Below are positions 1 through 7,085 of a DNA stretch of 25,853 nucleotides, piece by piece; within the stretch, counting starts at the first letter, position 1; every line of letters begins with the position of its first letter. This DNA comes from a virus. Lineage: Duplodnaviria; Caudoviricetes. The DNA lies in the IMG/VR virus record IMGVR_UViG_3300020349_000029, positions 1 through 25,853 of that record, one strand, 5' to 3'. The notes beneath the pieces were generated by a model. It was not told the DNA's origin. It searched no databases and was given only the letters and a program-made list of their open reading frames with translations. A program made the position numbers and the translations under genes.

Positions 1-16
1 ATGTTTAGACTTGATT

Positions 17-76
17 GTCTAGGACTAGGGTAAATTAATACCCTAGTTTCGGTTAATTAAACCTCATCAGCTAGAC
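17..76 (-). ncRNA. Type I hammerhead ribozyme (HHR-A); predicted cleavage between + positions 23 and 22
   Basis: Minus strand reads GUCUAG-CUGAUGA-GGUU(UAAUU)AACC-GAAA-CUAGGGUA(UUAAUU)UACCCUAG-UC-CUAGAC: full conserved core (CUGANGA, GAAA, GUC) and three perfectly paired stems. Confidence 0.95.
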
Positions 77-208
77 TGATTTTTTGTACCACCTGTGAGT
101 TACCTCATCAAAGTAAACATTCTTTAAAGGTCTACTATTGCCACCTGTATGCGACACTTTTTTGCCTTTGCTTTCTTTATTCTTACCTTTAATTAATTCT
201 TTAGCCAT
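71..208 (-). CDS. Small basic hypothetical protein, 45 aa (MAKELIKGKNKESKGKKVSHTGGNSRPLKNVYFDEVTHRWYKKSV)
   Basis: Not in the ORF track. GGAGGAA SD overlaps the end of the upstream gene, ATG is 2 nt after its stop, and the TAG stop abuts the hammerhead core. Confidence 0.75.
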   Translation of the reverse strand: MAKELIKGKNKESKGKKVSHTGGNSRPLKNVYFDEVTHRWYKKSV

Positions 209-210
209 TA

Positions 211-741
211 TTATTCCTCCTCTATATCTGATAATTGATGAAAGTAGGCATCTTGTTTTAGTTGATGCTCGGCACTTTGAATTTGCATTTTAAGGGCCGC
301 TCTAAAGTAATACCCTAGATTGTTTAATATTTCTTTTTTGGAACTACCCTCTAGAAAATCATTGGACTTAAAACTAAGGTTTTTGTCCTCGTCATATTGT
401 GTCCTATAGTAATTATCCAAATAGTCAAAATTGTCCTCATCTTGATTACTACTAAAGCCAGACCTTTTAAAGGTTTGAAAGTTTATTTCCATTTTGAAAA
501 CTTCGGTATGATATTCGGTGAATTTAATATTATATAAATATTCAATATCACCATGCCGGCCAGTTGTTACCTCATAAGCATCATCATTAATTAATTTGGT
601 AATAAACTCATTGGCGCTTTTAACATTTACCAGCTTTGTGGCTAGGTCTTTGCCTGTCTCTGCAGGATAACCGTCCCAATGCCTGTAAATCCAAAGTGTG
701 GTATCACCAGTTTCGATTGCTATATTACATCTAGTTCCCAT
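211..741 (-). CDS. Conserved phage hypothetical protein (N-terminal MGTR...IYxHWDGYP..G..L motif)
   Basis: 176-aa ORF with AAGGAGG SD; the N-terminal motif is typical of a widespread uncharacterised phage early-protein family. Confidence 0.85.
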   Translation of the reverse strand: MGTRCNIAIETGDTTLWIYRHWDGYPAETGKDLATKLVNVKSANEFITKLINDDAYEVTTGRHGDIEYLYNIKFTEYHTEVFKMEINFQTFKRSGFSSNQDEDNFDYLDNYYRTQYDEDKNLSFKSNDFLEGSSKKEILNNLGYYFRAALKMQIQSAEHQLKQDAYFHQLSDIEEE

Positions 742-742
742 C

Positions 743-889
743 TTAAAAATCCTCCTTTGTTAGTGATTTATAAAATTCTGCCTTGTTGTCGAATTGCTCC
801 AAAGTTGGTTGAGCCATCCAGTATGCTAATGCTGAAACTCCAGCAAATATTAGACTTATTATTAAACTTATGAAAATTGCATCATTCAT
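743..889 (-). CDS. Small single-pass membrane protein, 48 aa (MNDAIFISLIISLIFAGVSALAYWMAQPTLEQFDNKAEFYKSLTKEDF)
   Basis: Not in the ORF track. AAAGGAG SD, N-terminal hydrophobic stretch, stop 1 nt before the next ATG. Confidence 0.8.
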   Translation of the reverse strand: MNDAIFISLIISLIFAGVSALAYWMAQPTLEQFDNKAEFYKSLTKEDF

Positions 890-923
890 AATGTTTCTCC
901 TTTATGTTGTTATAGACTTTATT

Positions 924-981
924 GCCTAAGACTAGGTCAATTAAGACCTAGTTTCGGATATATAATCCTCGTCAGTTAGGC
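924..981 (-). ncRNA. Type I hammerhead ribozyme (HHR-B); predicted cleavage between + positions 930 and 929
   Basis: Minus strand reads GCCUAA-CUGACGA-GGAU(UAUAU)AUCC-GAAA-CUAGGUC(UUAAUU)GACCUAG-UC-UUAGGC: full core, three perfect stems, compensatory changes relative to HHR-A. Confidence 0.95.
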
Positions 982-1950
982 TGACTTTGATACCTCCTCT
1001 TCCTGTTGTTCTGCTAGGCATGAATTGTCCATGATAAATTGACAGGCTTTCGAGGCTTTGCTGATAGCCTTGACAATGTATCGGCTGTCCTCGTGATACC
1101 TTTTATTCCAGCTTTTAATATAACTCGCATGGTTCATTGGTGGACTGACCGCTAAACCTGTATGGGCTGACATGAACACGGCCGTAAATTCTGCTATTAA
1201 CTCCTCAAAGGCATAATCATCATCGCCGAACATATTGGATATGTTTCTTTTAAGCCTTGAGTCGTGACCTGTACTGTGGCCAATCTCATGTAATAGCGTG
1301 GATTTATAACTATGTTCTGCCGTTACACCATTATCAAAAAATGAGGACTTTTTAGGCATACCAATAAAATCTTGGCTAGGACTGTAATACGCTCTATTGC
1401 CACCTTCTTTTAACTCTATGTCTTGGCTTGTAAGATATGAGTCAATAACCTTTTGAGTTAAGTCCATGGTAAATTGAACCTCGGCAGGTCTTTTCATCAT
1501 GTAAGGCTCGCAATTACTTGCCAACTTACCTTGCTCATTTTGAACTTGGTGTGCATTAAAAACGCTATAAACCTTATATAACCAAAATTTAGGTCTTTGT
1601 TTGGTGTTGCCGTCTTTGTCCTCGTAATCCTCTAATACTGGTGATGAAAAGATAATTGCCGTTGATGATTCGCCTTTCTTAACTGAAAAGCCTTTGGATT
1701 TCCAATTCTTGAAAGTACCCCAAAAATCGGACTTGTAACCCATATCATATTTAACCCAAGGTAATATTAAGGCATTGTAACCTCTATAAGGTGTGCCGTC
1801 TTGGTTCATAGCTGAATTGGTTGACCAATTCTTGGACCAGTGATTTGAGCCTGGTTGGTTCATCATTTCTAGAATATTGGCTGACATAGTGTCCTCAATC
1901 TCTTTTTTGACTGCTGAACCTTTAAGACCTTTGATATTTAATTTTTTCAT
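976..1950 (-). CDS. ardC: ArdC-family anti-restriction ssDNA-binding protein with C-terminal zincin-like (MPTase) domain
   Basis: YRGYN, WGTFxxW...VKKGE, VFNAxQV (DUF1738/ArdC-N); AYYSPSQDFIGMP, LLHEIGHSTGHxSRLxR and YAFEELIAE (ArdC C-terminal metalloprotease-like domain). Confidence 0.92.
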   Translation of the reverse strand: MKKLNIKGLKGSAVKKEIEDTMSANILEMMNQPGSNHWSKNWSTNSAMNQDGTPYRGYNALILPWVKYDMGYKSDFWGTFKNWKSKGFSVKKGESSTAIIFSSPVLEDYEDKDGNTKQRPKFWLYKVYSVFNAHQVQNEQGKLASNCEPYMMKRPAEVQFTMDLTQKVIDSYLTSQDIELKEGGNRAYYSPSQDFIGMPKKSSFFDNGVTAEHSYKSTLLHEIGHSTGHDSRLKRNISNMFGDDDYAFEELIAEFTAVFMSAHTGLAVSPPMNHASYIKSWNKRYHEDSRYIVKAISKASKACQFIMDNSCLAEQQEEEVSKSA

Positions 1951-1973
1951 AATGTTTTCCTTTTTAGTTGTTG

Positions 1974-1997
1974 GGGGTCAGCGGAATTGCCAACCCC
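1974..1997 (-). other. GC-rich intergenic RNA hairpin upstream of the ardC RBS
   Basis: Minus strand GGGGUUGGC-AAUUCC-GCUGACCCC, 9 bp including two G-U pairs; no U-tract follows. Confidence 0.6.
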
Positions 1998-2009
1998 AGA
2001 TTAATAAAA

Positions 2010-2228
2010 TTATCCTGTAAAATATTGAATTGATGTATCATCTTGATTGTGATGATTGTCAAAATTAGATAATTTTTCATATAAACTTTCAATCAAATTA
2101 TCATTTTCTTTTTGTTGATATTTTATTAAATGATTGCAGATTATTTCTATTTCTTTTGCGTTTAATTCTACAAAGAAATCTGTCCAATCTCTTACATCAT
2201 CTGGGTTTTTATATTTTGTTATGTTCAT
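2010..2228 (-). CDS. Hypothetical protein, first gene of the leftward early operon
   Basis: 72-aa ORF with AAGGAG SD, directly downstream of a sigma70-like promoter. Confidence 0.75.
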   Translation of the reverse strand: MNITKYKNPDDVRDWTDFFVELNAKEIEIICNHLIKYQQKENDNLIESLYEKLSNFDNHHNQDDTSIQYFTG

Positions 2229-2272
2229 AATGTTACTCCTTAATTGATTAATAAAATTTACTTATGGGTATT

Positions 2273-2301
2273 TAATTACCATAGTAGTAAAACCTTGTCA
2301 A
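2273..2301 (-). promoter_or_regulatory. Sigma70-like early promoter
   Basis: TTGACA-17 bp-TAATTA on the minus strand (perfect -35, imperfect -10). Confidence 0.6.
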
Positions 2302-2339
2302 CATCATTTTAAACAAATTTACAAAATAATTAAATTAGT

Positions 2340-2359
2340 TGTTAATAAGTTGTGAATAA
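2340..2359. promoter_or_regulatory. Tandem DnaA-box-like pair
   Basis: TGTTAATAA-gt-TGTGAATAA; the reverse complement TTATTCACA fits TTWTNCACA. A near-identical copy lies at 24218-24237. Confidence 0.6.
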
Positions 2360-2455
2360 CTTTTGAGATTGCATCTATAAAATAGGTAAATGCAACATTT
2401 ATTTTAATGATTGCATTATTGCAAATCATCACAAGCATTTTTATTTATGTAATTA

Positions 2456-2468
2456 AATCAATAACTTA
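2456..2468 (+). promoter_or_regulatory. IHF consensus site
   Basis: AATCAATAACTTA matches WATCAANNNNTTR; the core TCAATAACTT recurs at 3195-3204 and 3338-3347. Confidence 0.55.
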
Positions 2469-2543
2469 AACGATTGCAAGATTGCATTTAATAACTTTTA
2501 TACTTTTAAACGCTCTTAAGGATTGCAAGATTGCATACTTTCA

Positions 2544-2563
2544 ATAGCGTATATATACGCTAT
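2544..2563. repeat. Perfect 20-bp palindrome
   Basis: ATAGCGTATATATACGCTAT is its own reverse complement; it extends imperfectly to TTGCA...TGCAA (2531-2572). Confidence 0.9.
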
Positions 2564-2592
2564 GAAATGCAATTTGCTATTTGAGTCAGTAA

Positions 2593-2621
2593 TTGAATCT
2601 TTTATTAAATAATATTATATT
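2593..2621 (+). promoter_or_regulatory. Sigma70-like promoter for terS
   Basis: TTGAAT-17 bp-TATATT upstream of the GAGGA SD; the AT-rich context lowers specificity. Confidence 0.45.
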
Positions 2622-2655
2622 ATGAATCTAATTAATTACATGAGGACGAATCAAA

Positions 2656-3144
2656 ATGGCAGGACAACCAATAACAAGGAAAGCATTAAATCATTTAAAA
2701 GAAATAGGACTTGAGTCTTTAGATGCTAGATTATTAGAAGCATTGGCGGAAGGGTATTCTTTTAATCAAATTATTAAAGGTAAATGTCCTTTACTACCTG
2801 ACTTCACCAGACCAAATAAGGATAGTTTAACTTGGTCAGTATTTTATAAGTATTTGGACTTACCTCGTGATTCTTTTAAAGGGGACTTTAAAGGAGAAGT
2901 TATGCGGGTGAGAGAGGTGGCACAAAAGGAAATGGCACATAAAACAATGGAAGAGGCTATAGAAATAGCCGACGGCGTGGATTTGGATAGCGATTCAATA
3001 AACAAAGCCAAACTCCAGATAGATACTAGGAAATGGAAGGCAGGGTCTTATAATTCACAGTTCAAGGCTGGTGGTGGCAATGATGTAAAGGTTAATATAT
3101 CGACTCAAGATTTACACCTTGAGGCATTAAAGATTAATAAATAA
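2656..3144 (+). CDS. terS: Terminase small subunit (Sf6/P22-like)
   Basis: LAEGxS HTH start, EEAIEIAD and KAKLQIDTRKW motifs typical of Sf6-type TerS; lies upstream of the portal. Confidence 0.85.
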   Translation: MAGQPITRKALNHLKEIGLESLDARLLEALAEGYSFNQIIKGKCPLLPDFTRPNKDSLTWSVFYKYLDLPRDSFKGDFKGEVMRVREVAQKEMAHKTMEEAIEIADGVDLDSDSINKAKLQIDTRKWKAGSYNSQFKAGGGNDVKVNISTQDLHLEALKINK

Positions 3145-3349
3145 TTGTCTATTTGCTACAGCAAACTTACAAGAATAAATAAAAGTCAATTAATTCAATA
3201 ACTTAACCTTTGTTTAAAATCAGCGAAAAAGCCCCCCCTTCGTTTAAGTGATAGTGCATGATATAGCTTAGATACTCACACACTAACTTGAGTATATTTC
3301 CTATATTAGAGAGACCCCCCTCTTTACTACAAGTATTTCAATAACTTCT

Positions 3350-3378
3350 TTGCGAAAAATTTTCAGAATCATTATAAT
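3350..3378 (+). promoter_or_regulatory. Sigma70-like promoter of the structural operon
   Basis: TTGCGA-17 bp-TATAAT. Confidence 0.7.
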
Positions 3379-3425
3379 AAACAGTAGAAACGCTATATAT
3401 ATAGTGTCAGAATAAGGAATCCTAC

Positions 3426-3545
3426 ATGGTTACGAGATATGATGCTCAACATGATGTTCAGGAATTATTGAACAGAAACGAACCTAAGAAAGAAACCAAA
3501 AAGACCAAAGTTTCAAAAAAAGAGAAGAAAACAAATGAAGTATGA
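3426..3545 (+). CDS. Small Lys-rich hypothetical protein, 39 aa (MVTRYDAQHDVQELLNRNEPKKETKKTKVSKKEKKTNEV)
   Basis: Not in the ORF track. TAAGGA SD; overlaps the portal start. Confidence 0.6.
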   Translation: MVTRYDAQHDVQELLNRNEPKKETKKTKVSKKEKKTNEV

Positions 3546-5745
3546 CGAAACTTACGAAGCCCAAGATGTAGGTGATATGTCAGGCGAAGCTACTGGAGAG
3601 TTTAACAATGAAGGACCGTCAGAAGAGGAACTACAAGGCATTGTGGGCTCTGCTCTTGATGACGCTGTTGATTTCATTGACAACACAATTTCACCATTAC
3701 GGGCTACGAGCATTGACTACTATCAGGGTAAACCATTTGGAAACGAAGAAGATGGGCGAAGCCAAGTTATCTCACTTGATGTTCACGACACAATCGCAGA
3801 CATATTACCTAGTATTATGCGAATATTCTTCTCAAGCGAAAATGTAGTTGAGTTTGTACCTTTTGGTAAAGAAGATATTAAACTAGCTGAACAGGCTACA
3901 GATTACATAAACAGAATTGTACTACAACAAGACAACGATGGTTTTCCAATTTTCTATAATGCTTTTAAAGATGCTTTGTTATGTAAGAACGGAATCTTAA
4001 AATATTACTGGGACACAACTTATCATGCTGAATATTACGAATATTCACGAATAAGCGACAACGAACTTGCAGTATTAGAAGCAGATGACGAAGTAGAAGT
4101 AACAGAAGTTATTTCATATCCTGACCCTGCGTTTCCAAAAGCTGAAGCAGTTGTTGAAACAGAAGAACAAATTGAAGAAGTTATACCTGAGTTAATGCAA
4201 CAAAGCATGATGACACCACAATTACATGATGTGAAAGTTACAAGAAAGAAAGAACATGGTTGCGTAAGGGTTGAGTCAGTACCACCAGAAGAATTTTTGA
4301 TTGATAGAGATGCTACTTCAATGAAAGATGCTTATTGCATTGCTCACAGAAGATACCTAACTGTTTCTGATTTAGTGGAAATGGGATATGATTATGACGA
4401 AGTTCAGAAGTTTGCTACACCTTATGAAACACAATTAGACGATAACGCAGAATATCAAGCAAGAAACACTTACTCAGATGCAGGTATTAATCCTGTAGAA
4501 GATGACGCTAACTTAAAAGTTCAATATGTCGAAGCGTATATGAAGATAGATATGACAGGCGATGGCATAGCAGAACTAAGAAGATTATGTTGTGTAGGTG
4601 ATAATTACGAAATTAAAAAGAATTTAAAATGCGACCAGATACCTTTCGTTTCTTTCTGCCCTGACCCTGAGCCACATACTTTCTTTGGACTTAGTATTGC
4701 AGATATAACTGAAGATATACAAAAAGTTAAATCAATGGTTATGCGTTCTATGTTAGATAGTCTTGCATTAAGTGTTCACCCTAGAGTTGCAGTTGTTGAA
4801 GGACAAGCAAACATAGAAGATGTTATGAATACAGAAGTTGGTGGTATTATTCGTCAACGAAATGCAGGTGCAGTACAACCTTTTAATATGCCATTTGTTG
4901 GTAAAGATTGTTTTCCTATGTTGAATTACTTAGATGAAGTAAAAGAAAACAGAACTGGAATTTCTAAAGCGTCAATGGGATTAGACCCTGATGCGTTACA
5001 ATCTGCTACAGCTTCAGCCGTTCAAGCAACTGTTCAAGGCGGACAACAACATATAGAATTAATAGCTAGAATATTTGCTGAAACAGGCATGAAACCTTTA
5101 TTCAAAGGTATTTACGAATTACTTGCTAGACACCAAGATAAAGAAAGAACAGTTCGATTACGCAATGAATGGATTCCTATTGACCCTAGAGTTTGGCAAA
5201 CAGGAATGGATTGCGTAGTTAATGTAGGTCTCGGTAATGGAACTGCACAAGAGCGTATGCAATATCTAGGTCAAATAGCGTCAAAACAAGAACAGATACT
5301 ACAAACATTAGGCGCTTCTAATCCTTTAGTTGAAATGACACAGTACAGAAATACTATGGCAAAAATGGTAGAACTTGCTGGATTTAAAGATGCGTCTATG
5401 TTCTTTAAAGAAGTTCCTGAAATGACACCTGAACAAAGACAATCTATGATGCAAAAGAAACCTGATGTTTCAGAACAGTTAATTCAAGTACAAATTCAAG
5501 AAATTAAAGCTAATATGATGAAAGCTAATGCAAAAATAGAGTTAGAAACTGAAGAAATGAAGCGTAGAGATGATTTAGACAGAGATAAACTAGATGCTGA
5601 AATCATGCTAAAGGCCGCAGAAATTGAGGCAAAATATGGAACTCAAGTTGAAACTACTGTTATTAGAGCATTAGTTGAAAGAGATAGAGAACAGATGAAA
5701 GCACAAACAAAATTAGTTAGTGATATGGCAAGAGTTAGACAATGA
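3535..5745 (+). CDS. Portal protein (P22-like)
   Basis: 736 aa; YYxGxPFGNEEDGRSQV, EQATDYIN, FKDALLxKNG and VPPEEFLI motifs; C-terminal coiled coil; first gene of the head module. Confidence 0.9.
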   Translation: MKYDETYEAQDVGDMSGEATGEFNNEGPSEEELQGIVGSALDDAVDFIDNTISPLRATSIDYYQGKPFGNEEDGRSQVISLDVHDTIADILPSIMRIFFSSENVVEFVPFGKEDIKLAEQATDYINRIVLQQDNDGFPIFYNAFKDALLCKNGILKYYWDTTYHAEYYEYSRISDNELAVLEADDEVEVTEVISYPDPAFPKAEAVVETEEQIEEVIPELMQQSMMTPQLHDVKVTRKKEHGCVRVESVPPEEFLIDRDATSMKDAYCIAHRRYLTVSDLVEMGYDYDEVQKFATPYETQLDDNAEYQARNTYSDAGINPVEDDANLKVQYVEAYMKIDMTGDGIAELRRLCCVGDNYEIKKNLKCDQIPFVSFCPDPEPHTFFGLSIADITEDIQKVKSMVMRSMLDSLALSVHPRVAVVEGQANIEDVMNTEVGGIIRQRNAGAVQPFNMPFVGKDCFPMLNYLDEVKENRTGISKASMGLDPDALQSATASAVQATVQGGQQHIELIARIFAETGMKPLFKGIYELLARHQDKERTVRLRNEWIPIDPRVWQTGMDCVVNVGLGNGTAQERMQYLGQIASKQEQILQTLGASNPLVEMTQYRNTMAKMVELAGFKDASMFFKEVPEMTPEQRQSMMQKKPDVSEQLIQVQIQEIKANMMKANAKIELETEEMKRRDDLDRDKLDAEIMLKAAEIEAKYGTQVETTVIRALVERDREQMKAQTKLVSDMARVRQ

Positions 5746-6023
5746 GTAACAATGGCCATATAGACGATTTAATAATTTTCGGAAAAAATGCAAAACGCAT
5801 TTTAGACGATACTACTTTTCAAGCAGTCATGGAAAGTGTTAAGCAAGATGTCCATGTTTCATGGTCTCAAACTTCACCTCATGCTACTCAAGAGAGAGAA
5901 CAATATTTTCATCTTTTGAAAGCAGTTGACTTACTGGAAGAAAAACTATGGGCTGTTGCAGACAACGCCCATATTTTAAAAATAAAGGCAGATAATATTA
6001 CAAAAAACAAAAAAGGAGTTTAA
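5742..6023 (+). CDS. Small conserved protein between portal and scaffold
   Basis: 93 aa, ATGA overlap with the portal, W...ERE pattern; conserved position in this type of module. Confidence 0.75.
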   Translation: MSNNGHIDDLIIFGKNAKRILDDTTFQAVMESVKQDVHVSWSQTSPHATQEREQYFHLLKAVDLLEEKLWAVADNAHILKIKADNITKNKKGV

Positions 6024-6024
6024 T

Positions 6025-7068
6025 ATGAACCAAGCGACAAACCCAGTTGAGGAATCGCCTGAATTAAAATCTAGCGTTGAACAAATTACTGACATTCTGA
6101 CTCGCCCTAGCGATAAAGCAGAAGTAAGTAATGAAACAGAGTCAGAACAACCGCCTATAGAAGATGTTGATTCTGGCGAGGAATATATAGACGAACCTTC
6201 TGAGGAAATTTCTGAAGAATATGAAGAAGTCCTAGAAGATGAGGAAGATTCCGAACTGTTTGCAGATGAACAAACCGACATTAATGAAAATGAAGATTTG
6301 CAAGAACAATTAATTGAAGTGAAGATTGACGGAAAATTAGAGCAAGTATCTTTAGATGAATTAAGAAATGGATATTCAAGGCAACAGCATTTTACTAGAC
6401 AAAGCCAAAAACTTGCTGATGAAAAGAAGCAGTTTGAATCTGAATCTAGACAAGTTCAAGAGGAGCGTAATCAATATGCACAACTCTTAGGGAACTTAGA
6501 AAGTCAAATACTAGAACTAGGCAAAGAGCCTGAACCAGATTGGAATACAATGTATGAACAAGACCCAATCGAAGCTGGTAGAAAACAACATGAGTGGAAT
6601 TCCTATCAACAGCAGAAAGTTGAAAAACTACAAGCTGTCAAAATGGAACAACAAAGAGTAGCACAGCTAGAACAAAGAGACCAGTTAGAACAGTATAAAA
6701 CTATGCTAACTGAAGAATCTCAAAAACTAACTAAAGCTATTCCTTCATGGAAAGACGAAACTATTGCTACAAAAGAAAAAGCTGAATTAAAAGACTTTCT
6801 TTTAAAGAAAGGTGTTACTGAAGAAGAAGTTTCTGCTTTAGTAAAAGCTAATCATGTTAGCGTTTTAAGAGATGCTATGCTTTACAACAAAGGTAAACGC
6901 AAAGTAGTTAAAAGAGCAAACAACACTAACGGAACAAAAGTTCTGAGAAGTGGTAGCAAAAAAGCCCCTAAGAAAACTGATGCCTATAAAAACACGACCT
7001 CAAGATTAAAGAAAAACGGAAAATGGCAAGATGCACAATCAGCCATTTCCATGTTGTTAAACGATTAA
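6025..7068 (+). CDS. Capsid scaffolding protein
   Basis: Acidic N-terminus, VKIDG...VSLDELRNGYSRQ..FTRQSQ.LA motif, coiled coil; precedes the capsid gene; AAGGAG SD. Confidence 0.85.
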   Translation: MNQATNPVEESPELKSSVEQITDILTRPSDKAEVSNETESEQPPIEDVDSGEEYIDEPSEEISEEYEEVLEDEEDSELFADEQTDINENEDLQEQLIEVKIDGKLEQVSLDELRNGYSRQQHFTRQSQKLADEKKQFESESRQVQEERNQYAQLLGNLESQILELGKEPEPDWNTMYEQDPIEAGRKQHEWNSYQQQKVEKLQAVKMEQQRVAQLEQRDQLEQYKTMLTEESQKLTKAIPSWKDETIATKEKAELKDFLLKKGVTEEEVSALVKANHVSVLRDAMLYNKGKRKVVKRANNTNGTKVLRSGSKKAPKKTDAYKNTTSRLKKNGKWQDAQSAISMLLND

Positions 7069-7085
7069 TTTAAGAGGATAATACA

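Larger units (their letters stand above)
2367..2573. repeat. Cluster of GATTGCA/TGCAA short repeats (iteron-like)
   Basis: GATTGCAT at 2367 and 2409; GATTGCAAGATTGCAT at 2472-2487 and 2521-2536; inverted ATGCAA near 2390 and 2567. Confidence 0.75.

Noticed and set aside
101-110. Second UGAUGAGG (minus strand) resembling a hammerhead core
   Set aside because: Preceded by U rather than C, has no stem II/GAAA of its own, and lies in coding sequence (FDEV).
679-873. 64-aa plus-strand ORF
   Set aside because: Antisense to two minus-strand genes with strong SD sequences; no RBS.
17-981. The two inverted-repeat clusters read as terminators, REP/attC sites or CRISPR repeats
   Set aside because: The conserved unpaired residues are exactly the hammerhead core; there are no U-tracts, no spacer array and no integrase or cas gene.
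2544-2563. Palindrome as a protelomerase target
   Set aside because: No protelomerase gene in the window; cannot be supported from this sequence.
3226-3243. AAAAAGCCCCCCC as half of a terminator
   Set aside because: No complementary G-run nearby to form a stem.
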